Below, piece by piece: positions 37,390 through 46,219 of a stretch of 64,000 nt of DNA. Numbering within the stretch: the stretch's first letter is position 1; every line of letters starts with the position of its first letter. Under the pieces are notes generated by a model. It was not told where the DNA came from. It saw only the letters and a list, made by a program, of their open reading frames with translations, and searched no databases. Source of the stretch: an uncultured Chloroflexia bacterium (GTDB lineage: Bacteria; Chloroflexota; Anaerolineae; B4-G1; SLSP01). The DNA is taken from positions 289,366 through 353,365 of the forward strand of contig CAVVUS010000018.1 of NCBI GenBank assembly GCA_963751345.1. Direction: 5' to 3'. A program made the translations under genes and the position numbers.

Positions 37390-38886
37390 TCAGTCGTCAC
37401 TCGTCCCCTGCTGTCGTCGCGCCTGGGGGTCGTGCACGTCCCTCGGGAAGGGCCTCTGCCATCCCTCACCGCCGAAATCCGGGCGCTGGGAAAGGTCGTG
37501 CATGTAAACCCGGTGATCGAAATGGGCCTCGGAAGTATAGGCCATCACCGTCCGCGTCAGCTCTGCGTCCAGCCGGTCGCGGGTCTCGAGGTAAGCGGGA
37601 TCGTGCCAGAGGTTGTGCTGTTCGCCGGGGTCCGCCGACCGATCGAAGAGGAAGGCGCTCCCTGCGCTGTACTTGCACAGCCGCCATCGCCCGTCGTCGA
37701 TCCACCATCCGCCCTGCGTCGCGCCCACGATCACATCCCGGGGGGTGTCGTTGGCAAGGCCGAGCCCCGGCAATGGTCTGGAATCCATGTAGTCCGGCAC
37801 CTCGACGCCGGCCAACGCCAGCATCGTCGCCGTCACATCGCTCAGCGCCACGATCTCGTCCCGGATCCCACCACCGACTGCGCCGGGTATCCGGACGATC
37901 ATCGGTACGTGGATGCTGCTCTCGAAGAAAGTGCCCTTGCCGATCATGCCATGGTCACCGAGGTAGTCCCCGTGGTCGGCGGAGAAGATGAGGATCGTGT
38001 TGTCCAGCAGTCCCTTACGCTCCAGCGTCTCCAGGATTCGGCCGACTTCGACGTCGATCTGTTGGACCAGGCCCGCGTAATGCGTGCGTACGTTCCTGAT
38101 CTGGTCGGGCGTGAACTCGCCATAGTCCACGCCGTTCCACGGGCGTTTGTTGCTCTCGACGTTGTTGTGCCGCAGCGGCTCCGCATCGGCGGTGGGCGGC
38201 ACGGCATCCGGCATAGAGCCTGGATCCAGGTCGGCGATGGCCTGCATTGTGGGATCGTAGGGGCAGTGCGGGCCGGGGAAGCCCACCATCATCGCGAAGG
38301 GCCTCTCATCGCCATATCGATCGATGAAGGTGGCGGCCTCTTGACCGACGAAGTGGTCGACGGCAAACTCCCACGGCAGCCTGCTGATCACGGCCCCCTT
38401 GTTCTCGAAGTAGCCAGGGTGCTCGTTGCCATGGTACTTGCGTTGGCCGCCGGCCTTCAGGTAATGATAGTAGTCGTCGCGAATGTGGATCCAGCGCTTG
38501 TCCTCGGCAATGGAACGATACCGGAATCCCAGCCGGGCGTCCCACGGGTAGAAGTGCATCTTGCCGATGGCGGCGGTGGCGTAGCCTGCCTTGGCGAGGA
38601 TCTCGGGCCACGTCTGCAATCCCATCTCGCGGTAGTCGGGCCGGAGGAACTGCCCGTTGTCGAGGACGCCCGTCTTGAAGCCGTGCAAGCCCGTCAGCAG
38701 GGCAACCCGCGCGGGGACGCAGAGCGGGTGCTCGGAGTAGCACGACGCGTAGCGCGTGCCCTCCTCAGCGAGGCGGTCGATGTTGGGCGTGTGCAGGAAG
38801 TCGGCGCCGTAGCAACCGAGGAAATCGTGTCGCAGTTGATCCGGCATGATGAAGATCAGATTTGGCTTGTTCTCTAGCTGAGGCAC
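37390..38886 (-). CDS. Cys-type (formylglycine) sulfatase, choline-sulfatase-like
   Basis: PNLIFIMPDQLR, canonical CVPAR..LLTG, GKMH, PHCPY, SADHG. Confidence 0.92.
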   Translation of the reverse strand: MPQLENKPNLIFIMPDQLRHDFLGCYGADFLHTPNIDRLAEEGTRYASCYSEHPLCVPARVALLTGLHGFKTGVLDNGQFLRPDYREMGLQTWPEILAKAGYATAAIGKMHFYPWDARLGFRYRSIAEDKRWIHIRDDYYHYLKAGGQRKYHGNEHPGYFENKGAVISRLPWEFAVDHFVGQEAATFIDRYGDERPFAMMVGFPGPHCPYDPTMQAIADLDPGSMPDAVPPTADAEPLRHNNVESNKRPWNGVDYGEFTPDQIRNVRTHYAGLVQQIDVEVGRILETLERKGLLDNTILIFSADHGDYLGDHGMIGKGTFFESSIHVPMIVRIPGAVGGGIRDEIVALSDVTATMLALAGVEVPDYMDSRPLPGLGLANDTPRDVIVGATQGGWWIDDGRWRLCKYSAGSAFLFDRSADPGEQHNLWHDPAYLETRDRLDAELTRTVMAYTSEAHFDHRVYMHDLSQRPDFGGEGWQRPFPRDVHDPQARRQQGTSDD

Positions 38887-39032
38887 GGCAGGTCTCCTTC
38901 GCGAGGTGTTGCCCTGGATGACACTCGGATGAGCCCATCATAGCACCGGCGGAAATCCCCAGCAAACCTCGGTTGATCTCGTCACCCCGTTGTGCACTGA
39001 TACCCTATAAGGTGCTACAGCGTGCCCACATC

Positions 39033-39060
39033 TGGACAAACCGTTTGTTCGTCTTATACT
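39033..39060 (+). promoter_or_regulatory. Sigma70-type promoter
   Basis: TGGACA-16-TATACT upstream of the DUF362 gene. Confidence 0.5.
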
Positions 39061-39150
39061 TCCGGCACTTTGTGGTGAGGACGATGCGTGCTGCCGGTGG
39101 TGCTAACGTTGCGGGCCCCGGGAGCACGCTCTAGCTTGGAGAGATACGCT

Positions 39151-40386
39151 ATGAAACCAGTTGACTTCCCCGGACGGGGCAAGGTTGCCATCGTGCGGAC
39201 GAGCCCTGAGACGGTGTTGGACGACTATGCGCGGCTGATGGAACTCGCGAGGTATCGCGAGATCCTGCCCAAGGACAAGACCACACTTCTCAAGATCAAC
39301 ATCTCCTGGCAGACGTGGTATCCTGCCTGCTCCACGACCCCGTGGCAGCTCGAGGGCGTGATCCGCGTGCTGCAGGGCGATGGCTATGACCTCGTCGGTG
39401 TCCACAATGACACGGTGGTGGTCGACACCAGCGATGGCGAGGTCAACAACAAGCAGCGCTATGTCACCGATACCTACGGTGTGCCCTGCAGATACATCTA
39501 TAGGCCCGAGGAGCGTTGGGTCCGTTACGAGCCCAAACGACCTTTCCTGGTCCTCGACGAGGTCTATCCCGAGGGCGTGGTCATCCCCGAGATGCTGATC
39601 GGTAACAACATCATCCAGCTCCCCACGGTGAAGACGCACGTATTTACCACAATCACGGGGGCGATGAAGAACGCATTCGGCGGGCTGTTGGGCCGCAAAC
39701 GTCACTGGACTCACAGCGTGATCCACGAGACGTTGGTGGACCTGCTGATGATCCAGCAGGACATCCATCCGGGGCTCTTCGCCGTGATGGACGGGAGCTT
39801 TGCGGGCGACGGCCCCGGGCCGCGGGCGATGCACTGGCACGAGAAGAACGTGCTGATGGCCTCGGCCGATCAGGTGGCGATCGATGCAGCGTCGGCAATG
39901 CTGCAGGGCTTCGACCCGCGCTCGATTCCCTTCCTGCGCATTGCGCACGAGTTGGGGCTGGGCGTCGGCGACCCGAAGGATATCGAGTTTGTTGGGGACG
40001 TGGCAGCGACGGCGGAACGCTGGGACTTCATCCAGGAAGATACCTTCGCCAGCCGAGGACAGAAGGCCATCTACCACGGCGCGCTCAAGCCCTTCGAGGC
40101 CGCGTTGCTGCGGAGCCCGATTGTGCCGTGGTCCTATTTTGCCAGCAACTTCTATCACAACGTCTACTGGTACCCGGTCGTGGGACGCAGACGGGTCGAA
40201 GCCGCGCTGAAGACGCCGTGGGGGCAGCTTTTCTCGCAGTATGGTGCGGACGCAGGGCTAGAAGGTGCCGTCTTGCCAACCGTGGAGACCGAGACGCTGC
40301 TGCAGGGCGTGGGGGCTGCCGCCGGATTAGCCGCAGTCGCCGGCGGCGGGCTGGCGCTTCTGCGGGCGTTGTCACCGCGACGGTAG
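39151..40386 (+). CDS. DUF362 family protein with C-terminal hydrophobic tail
   Basis: LLKIN, LPTVKTH..TGAMKNAFG, DQVAIDA, GLGVGD. Confidence 0.82.
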   Translation: MKPVDFPGRGKVAIVRTSPETVLDDYARLMELARYREILPKDKTTLLKINISWQTWYPACSTTPWQLEGVIRVLQGDGYDLVGVHNDTVVVDTSDGEVNNKQRYVTDTYGVPCRYIYRPEERWVRYEPKRPFLVLDEVYPEGVVIPEMLIGNNIIQLPTVKTHVFTTITGAMKNAFGGLLGRKRHWTHSVIHETLVDLLMIQQDIHPGLFAVMDGSFAGDGPGPRAMHWHEKNVLMASADQVAIDAASAMLQGFDPRSIPFLRIAHELGLGVGDPKDIEFVGDVAATAERWDFIQEDTFASRGQKAIYHGALKPFEAALLRSPIVPWSYFASNFYHNVYWYPVVGRRRVEAALKTPWGQLFSQYGADAGLEGAVLPTVETETLLQGVGAAAGLAAVAGGGLALLRALSPRR

Positions 40387-40396
40387 GTGTCTGAAT

Positions 40397-40509
40397 CACG
40401 GATTCGCGGGATTGCACGGATTTCACGGCAGAAGGCTCTCTGTTGAGACTGGCTTGCGCCTAGCGCAAGCATCCGTGAAATCCGAGTAATCCGTTTAGTC
40501 CGTGATCCG
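40397..40509. repeat. CACGGAT/ATCCGTG tandem inverted repeat element
   Basis: Left arm CACGGATTCGCGGGATTGCACGGATTTCACGG; right arm ATCCGTGAAATCCGAGTAATCCGTTTAGTCCGTGAT; 9-nt periodicity. Confidence 0.75.
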
Positions 40510-40541
40510 GACGGCAATGTCACTACGACTGAGGTGATCCT

Positions 40542-41555
40542 ATGGCCTTAGGCTTCCTCCTAATCGTTGTCTTGAGCTTCGTGCCGGCGCTGCTCTATGC
40601 GACGGTGCTGTGGTGGTTGGATCGATACGAAAAGGAGCCGCTGGCCCTGCTCGCGGTGGCGTTCCTCTGGGGGGCCGTGCCTTCGGTCATCCTGGCACTG
40701 ATCATGGAGGTCGTGCTGGATGTTCCTCTGACGGCAATTCAGTCCTCGAATCAACTGACCTACGAGCTTCTGGGTGCTTCAGTGGTGGCGCCGTTCGTGG
40801 AGGAGGCCGTTAAGGCCGTCGCACTGATCTTGCTTCTGCTGGTTCTTCGGCGTGAGATCGACAGTCCTATCGACGGGTTGATCTACGGTGGGATCGTGGG
40901 CTTTGGGTTTGCGGCGGTCGAAAACGTCTTCTACCTTATGGGGGCCTATGCCGAAGGCGGTGTGGGGGGCGTCTTGAGCCTTGCCTTTGTGCGGGCGGGT
41001 GTCTTCGGCCTGAATCACGCGATGTACACAGGGTTCACCGGCGTGGGCATTGCACTGTCGCTTGAGATGAGGCCTAAGGCTCTGAAGCTGCTCTCGATCG
41101 CCGGTGGATTCGGATTGGCGGTCGGATCTCACGCCCTTCACAACGCGCTGGCGACCTTCGCCAGCTACGAGGGGGCGGGGACGCTGCTGGCGGCGGTCGT
41201 TGTCGACTGGATTGGGGTGTTGGTGTTGTTGGCGGTGGCACTGGGCACCTTCTTCCTGGAGCGACGCCGTATCATCGCCTATGCCGAGGCTCTGGTTCGG
41301 GGTAACGTCATCCCGGCGGATGAGGTCAACGTTCTGAAGTCGACTTTTCAGCGCCGGAGGGCACGCCTAGGCGTTTTGCTAAGCGGTGACCTGCGGCGCT
41401 GGTGGGCGGTTCAGCGCTACTACCAGAAAGTGACCGAGGCTGCTTTTGCGTGGCACCGGATGACCCATGGTGACCCCAAGGCCCAGCCCCGGCTTGCCAA
41501 ACTGGAGCACGAGTTCCGGCAGTTGCGGAGCCAGGCGTTCCCTGCTACGTCTTAG
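40542..41555 (+). CDS. PrsW-family glutamic-type intramembrane protease
   Basis: LDRYEKEP, APFVEEAVK, DGLIYG..GFGFAAVEN, HAMYT, HALHN. Confidence 0.92.
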   Translation: MALGFLLIVVLSFVPALLYATVLWWLDRYEKEPLALLAVAFLWGAVPSVILALIMEVVLDVPLTAIQSSNQLTYELLGASVVAPFVEEAVKAVALILLLLVLRREIDSPIDGLIYGGIVGFGFAAVENVFYLMGAYAEGGVGGVLSLAFVRAGVFGLNHAMYTGFTGVGIALSLEMRPKALKLLSIAGGFGLAVGSHALHNALATFASYEGAGTLLAAVVVDWIGVLVLLAVALGTFFLERRRIIAYAEALVRGNVIPADEVNVLKSTFQRRRARLGVLLSGDLRRWWAVQRYYQKVTEAAFAWHRMTHGDPKAQPRLAKLEHEFRQLRSQAFPATS

Positions 41556-41581
41556 CGGTCAGCTAAGTTGAAGGTTGCAGT

Positions 41582-41610
41582 TGTCATCCTGAACGAAGTG
41601 AAGGATGACA
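41582..41610. repeat. TGTCATCCTGAACGAAGTGAAGGAT REP-like hairpin between convergent genes (possible bidirectional terminator)
   Basis: TGTCATCCT/AGGATGACA stem. Confidence 0.6.
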
Positions 41611-41634
41611 GGTCAGGATAATCACCCCAAGTGA

Positions 41635-42042
41635 CTATTGAGCGATTGTTTCCCTCAGGCGCTCAAACAGGCGGCTCAGGTCCTCAACGCGGTCGTACAG
41701 GATGACGCGGGAGGAAATGCCCGCCAGCGTCGTCGAGATATCTGCGCCGCGTTCCGCGATTGTCACGATGGGCTTGCCCCGGGCGTAGGCATAGCCGGCC
41801 TCGATGCCGATTCCGACGCCCTTTTCCGTCAACTCCACAACCACCAGGTCGCACCTGTCAATTTCCTCGAAGCTGCGTGCCATCAGAGCCTGCGGCTCAT
41901 AGCTGGCCTCGCCCCACGCTTCGATATCGCGAGCGACACAGATCGTGTCGTACCCGGCGCACGTCAGGACTTCGGTGATCCCCTCGATCTTCGAGCGGTT
42001 GGTCTGGTCCTCGTGGTACTTGATGGCGAGATAGGCTCGCAT
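41635..42042 (-). CDS. Nucleoside 2-deoxyribosyltransferase-like protein
   Basis: RAYLA, EIDRCDLVVVE...GVGIGIEAGYAYARGKPI. Confidence 0.85.
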   Translation of the reverse strand: MRAYLAIKYHEDQTNRSKIEGITEVLTCAGYDTICVARDIEAWGEASYEPQALMARSFEEIDRCDLVVVELTEKGVGIGIEAGYAYARGKPIVTIAERGADISTTLAGISSRVILYDRVEDLSRLFERLRETIAQ

Positions 42043-42102
42043 AGGTCCTGCCGGTGCCGGGTTGTCCACGTGCACACACCTTTGGTTGTAAGATGGCTGT
42101 CT

Positions 42103-42131
42103 TTGACGTTGTCTCAAGGGCAGTGTACACT
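42103..42131 (+). promoter_or_regulatory. Sigma70-type promoter for comM
   Basis: TTGACG-17-TACACT. Confidence 0.55.
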
Positions 42132-42248
42132 GATGTCGTCCTTTCCCAAGCGCATCAACCGGTATGGAGGGAAGTCCATGATCCCCTTCCGCGACGCGAT
42201 GACGATGGTCCTCTCGGTCAGTCTCCGGCCGATCTTTGGTGATGCCCG

Positions 42249-43775
42249 ATGCTAGCGAAGATCCACAGCGCAGCCGTGATCGGCCTGGAAGCCGAGTCAG
42301 TGGATGTCGAAGTGGACGTGGGCCGCGGGATGGTCTCGCTCACGCTGGTCGGCTTGCCCGACGCCGCGGTGCGCGAGAGCGGCGAACGGATGCGCGCTGC
42401 GATCCGCAACAGTGGGTGTAAGTTTCCCTATGATCAGCGCATCACGATCAACCTGGCGCCGGCTGACCTTCGCAAGGAGGGGCCAGCCTACGACCTGCCC
42501 ATCGCCATCGGGGTGTTGACAGCTTGGGGACAGCTGCCTCCGGGCGGCCTGGATGGCGCCCTCGTGATGGGCGAGCTCTCGCTGGACGGCTCGCTTCGTC
42601 ACGTGCGGGGCGTGTTGTCGGTAGCAGACATGGCGCGTCGCAACGGTATAACGTCCCTCTTCGTGCCCGCGATCGATGCACCGGAGGCGGCGCTCATCCC
42701 CGATGTGGCGGTCTATCCTGTCGCGTCGCTCGCCGAATTGGTGGCCCACTTGCAGGGCGCCACACAGATCGAGCCGCTGGACCCCGGGGCAGGCATGACC
42801 GGACACGTACCGCCCCCGGCAACCGACTTCGCTGAGATCCGCGGGCAAGAGCACGCCAAGCGTGCGTTTGAGGTCGCGGCGGGCGGAGCGCACAACCTGC
42901 TCCTCGTGGGCCCGCCCGGCGCCGGCAAGACGCTGATGGCCCGTGCGATGCCGGGGATCCTGCCCTCGCTCACACTGGACGAGGCGCTGGAGGTGACCCG
43001 GATCTACAGCGTCGCCGACATCCTCCCGCCGGACACGCCTCTCGTCCAGATACGCCCCTTCCGTGCCCCACATCACACGATCAGTAATGCCGGCCTCGTC
43101 GGCGGAGGGCAGTGGCCCCGGCCCGGCGAGATCAGCCTCGCCCACCGCGGCGTCCTCTTCCTGGACGAGATGCCGGAGTTCAACCGGCGCGTGCTGGAGG
43201 TGATGCGCCAGCCCCTGGAGGACAAGTCGGTCACGATCAGCCGTGCGCAAGGTGCGCTGACGTTTCCGGCCAACTTTATGTTGGTCGCAGCGCTGAATCC
43301 CTGCCCGTGCGGATACTACGGCGACCCCGAACGCGCCTGCACGTGCTCCTTGGGGATGATCCAGAACTACCGCAAGCGGATCTCGGGGCCGCTACTGGAC
43401 CGGATCGACATCAATATCGAGGTACCGCGGGTGGACTACGATAAGCTGACCCAAACGACGTCGGGGGAGTCCTCCACCGCGATCCGCGCGCGGGTCGAGT
43501 CGGCGCGCGCGCGGCAGCACGCCCGCTTCGCGGGCACCCCACTGACCTGCAACGCGGACATGGGCCCCGCGGAGATCCGCGAGTTCTGCATCCTGCCGCC
43601 TGAGGGCCAAGCCCTGATCCGTTCGGCGATGCGTCAGATGCACCTCAGCGCTCGCGCCTACCACCGCGTGCTCAAAGTCAGCCGGACGATTGCCGATCTC
43701 GAGGATGTGGACGTGATCCAGACGCACCACCTGGCGGAGGCGCTGCAGTACCGGACGCGGGTGTTGGATCTGTAG
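42249..43775 (+). CDS. comM: ComM/YifB Mg-chelatase-like AAA+ ATPase
   Basis: VGLPDAAVRES, NLAPADLRKEG, GPPGAGKT, PFRAPHH, PGEISLAHRGVLFLDE, NPCPCG, ISGPLLDRID. Confidence 0.95.
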   Translation: MLAKIHSAAVIGLEAESVDVEVDVGRGMVSLTLVGLPDAAVRESGERMRAAIRNSGCKFPYDQRITINLAPADLRKEGPAYDLPIAIGVLTAWGQLPPGGLDGALVMGELSLDGSLRHVRGVLSVADMARRNGITSLFVPAIDAPEAALIPDVAVYPVASLAELVAHLQGATQIEPLDPGAGMTGHVPPPATDFAEIRGQEHAKRAFEVAAGGAHNLLLVGPPGAGKTLMARAMPGILPSLTLDEALEVTRIYSVADILPPDTPLVQIRPFRAPHHTISNAGLVGGGQWPRPGEISLAHRGVLFLDEMPEFNRRVLEVMRQPLEDKSVTISRAQGALTFPANFMLVAALNPCPCGYYGDPERACTCSLGMIQNYRKRISGPLLDRIDINIEVPRVDYDKLTQTTSGESSTAIRARVESARARQHARFAGTPLTCNADMGPAEIREFCILPPEGQALIRSAMRQMHLSARAYHRVLKVSRTIADLEDVDVIQTHHLAEALQYRTRVLDL

Positions 43776-43820
43776 GTCGTAGGGAGCAGGCGCACGATGC
43801 AGTAGGCGGCGGTCTGCTGC

Positions 43821-43940
43821 TTGACAATTGCAGAGGAAATCGTATTATATATTCCACCTGGCCATTGTGATGAGGTCACAGGGACAGCGTCCCGATCTGT
43901 TCACTGATTGCTACCCTGCAGGAGGGGGTAGCAATTTTTG
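43821..43940 (+). promoter_or_regulatory. Promoter plus structured 5' leader ending in an intrinsic terminator (candidate attenuator) upstream of the ABC exporter
   Basis: TTGACA-16-TATTAT; hairpins TGTGA/TCACA and GGGAC/GTCCC; ATTGCTACCC/GGGTAGCAAT + TTTT at 43907-43939, 39 nt before the ATG. Confidence 0.65.
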
Positions 43941-43978
43941 TGTCGCTAAGTTGCGGAGTCTCGAGGAGTTTGCGCAGT

Positions 43979-46219
43979 ATGATTAGATTAGTAGGATACC
44001 TGAAACCCTATATTATCTCGATCCTGCTCACGATCGCTCTGCTTTTCGTGCAAGCGGATGCGAACTTGGCCCTGCCTGACTATCTTTCGCAGATTGTGAA
44101 TAACGGCATCCAGCAGGGTGGTGTGGCCAATGCCGTGCCGTCTGCCGTTCGTCAGAGCGAGATGGACAAACTGTTCCTCTTTATGAGCGACAGCGAGAAA
44201 GCGCTGGTCACCAGCCACTACACCCTGGTGGATAAGAACTCCCCGAACTACCAGACGTATCTGACACAATATCCGCAGTTGGCTAATGAACCGATCTATG
44301 TCCGCGGGAAGATGGATCAGGCTCAGATAGACACGCTGAATCCGATCATGGCCAAATCCTGGCTGGTGGTTTCCACGATACAGCAGGCGATGGCCGATCC
44401 GGCCAAGGCGGCGGCGCTCGCCCAGGGAATGCCATTCGATCTATCCAAGCTCCCACCCGGAACCGACATCTTCGCCATGCTCTCCCAACTCCCTTCCGCG
44501 CAGCTTGCGCAGATGAAGACGACCATCGACCAGCAGTTCGCCGCTCTTGGCGACAGCATGGTCGGTGAGTTGGCGGCCGGTGCCGTCAAGGCGGAGTACG
44601 TGGCACTGGGCGTGGATCCCAGCAAGCTCCAGACTAACTACATTCTGCACATCGGCAGCCTGATGTTGCTAGTTTCACTCGCAGGTGGTGTGGCCACGAT
44701 CGCAGCAGGACTCCTGGCGGCCCGCACCTCTGCAGGCGCGGCACGCGATATACGCCGGGACGTATTCAAGAAGGTCGAGAGTTTTTCCAGCACCGAGTTC
44801 GATCGGTTCTCAACCGCCTCGTTGATCACGCGTTCGACTAACGACGTCACCCAGGTGCAGACGGTGATCTTCATGATCATGCGTATGGTCCTGTATGCAC
44901 CCATCATCGGCGTGGGCGGTGTCATTCGGGCGCTCAACAAGGGCGCATCGATGTGGTGGATCATCGCTTCAGCCGTGGTGGTGTTGCTTGGCCTGATCGC
45001 GATCGCTTTTTCGATCTCGCTGCCGAAGTTCAGGATCATGCAGACGTTGGTTGACCGGCTGAACCTCGTCGCGCGCGAGAACCTATCCGGTATGATGGTC
45101 ATCCGGGCATTCAACAAGCAGGATGTCGAGGCCAATCGCTTTGATAATGCCAACCGGGATTTGACGAACACCAGCTTGTTCGTCGCGCGTGTGATGGCGA
45201 CGATGATGCCGGTGATGATGTTGGTGATGAACGGCCTTTCCCTGCTGATCATCTGGGTCGGTGCACACCAGGTGGCTGCGTCGACGATGCAGGTGGGCGA
45301 TATGATGGCCTTTCTACAATATGCGATGCAGATCGTCTTCGCCTTCTTGATGCTCTCGATGATGTTCATCTTCCTACCAAGGGCCGCGGTCTCGGGCGGC
45401 CGGATCGCCGACGTGCTGGAGACCCAGACTGCCATCAACGACCCCCGCGAGCCCAAGCGATATGGGGACGGATTTGTGGGTCGGGTAGAGTTCCGCGACG
45501 TCTCGTTCCGCTATCCCGGTGCTGAGGAAGACGTGCTGCACGACATCAACTTCGTTGCGGAGCCGGGACAGACGACGGCCCTGATAGGTTCCACGGGTTG
45601 TGGAAAGTCCACGGTCATCAACTTGATCCCACGTTTCTACGATGTCACGGAAGGCGCGGTCAAGGTCGACGGCGTGGATATCCGCGAAGTCCGCCAGAAC
45701 GAGCTGCGTGACAAGATCGGGTACATCCCGCAGAAAGGTATGTTGTTTTCGGGAACAATCGAGAGCAATCTGCGGTATGCGGACGAAGACGCCAGCGACG
45801 ATACGCTTCGAGAGGCCGCCGGAATCGCCCAGGCCAACGAGTTCATCTTTAGCAATCCGGAGGGCCTGGATGCGCCGATCGCCCAGGGTGGCGGGAACGT
45901 GTCAGGCGGGCAGAAGCAGCGGTTGGCGATTGCGCGTGCTCTGGTCAAGCGACCGCCCATCTATATCTTCGATGACAGCTTTTCGGCCCTGGACTTCAAG
46001 ACCGACGCTGCGCTCCGGTCGGCACTCAAAGAGAAGACTGGGGACAGCACGGTGCTGATTGTCACGCAGCGTGTGGCCACGGTCAAAAACGCCGATCAGA
46101 TCGTCGTTCTCGATGAAGGTCGGATCGTTGGGAAGGGCACCCATTACGAGTTAATGGACGACTGCGAGACATATCGCGAGATTGCCTTCTCACAGCTCAG
46201 CGAGGAGGAATTGGCATGA
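43979..46219 (+). CDS. ABC exporter ATP-binding/permease subunit (heterodimer half 1)
   Basis: TMD with large TM1-TM2 loop; GSTGCGKST, VSGGQKQR, degenerate IFDDSFSALD and TQR switch. Confidence 0.95.
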   Translation: MIRLVGYLKPYIISILLTIALLFVQADANLALPDYLSQIVNNGIQQGGVANAVPSAVRQSEMDKLFLFMSDSEKALVTSHYTLVDKNSPNYQTYLTQYPQLANEPIYVRGKMDQAQIDTLNPIMAKSWLVVSTIQQAMADPAKAAALAQGMPFDLSKLPPGTDIFAMLSQLPSAQLAQMKTTIDQQFAALGDSMVGELAAGAVKAEYVALGVDPSKLQTNYILHIGSLMLLVSLAGGVATIAAGLLAARTSAGAARDIRRDVFKKVESFSSTEFDRFSTASLITRSTNDVTQVQTVIFMIMRMVLYAPIIGVGGVIRALNKGASMWWIIASAVVVLLGLIAIAFSISLPKFRIMQTLVDRLNLVARENLSGMMVIRAFNKQDVEANRFDNANRDLTNTSLFVARVMATMMPVMMLVMNGLSLLIIWVGAHQVAASTMQVGDMMAFLQYAMQIVFAFLMLSMMFIFLPRAAVSGGRIADVLETQTAINDPREPKRYGDGFVGRVEFRDVSFRYPGAEEDVLHDINFVAEPGQTTALIGSTGCGKSTVINLIPRFYDVTEGAVKVDGVDIREVRQNELRDKIGYIPQKGMLFSGTIESNLRYADEDASDDTLREAAGIAQANEFIFSNPEGLDAPIAQGGGNVSGGQKQRLAIARALVKRPPIYIFDDSFSALDFKTDAALRSALKEKTGDSTVLIVTQRVATVKNADQIVVLDEGRIVGKGTHYELMDDCETYREIAFSQLSEEELA

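Noticed and set aside
36670-38877. 735-aa + strand ORF
   Set aside because: Antisense shadow of the sulfatase and rfbD genes; no motifs; expected in high-GC DNA.
40397-40509. CRISPR-like array
   Set aside because: The repeats are 9-nt inverted tandem units without unique spacers, and no cas genes are present.
42133-42255. 40-codon ORF in the comM leader
   Set aside because: It starts too close to the -10 to be transcribed from it, has no RBS and no recognisable features.
42249-43775. comM as an integration hotspot carrying an inserted element
   Set aside because: The gene is intact and full length, with no insertion or flanking direct repeats.
43866-43880. TGTGA-TGAGG-TCACA as a CRP site or fluoride riboswitch
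   Set aside because: The spacer is 5 rather than 6 bp for CRP, and the 3' pseudoknot partner needed for a fluoride riboswitch is absent.
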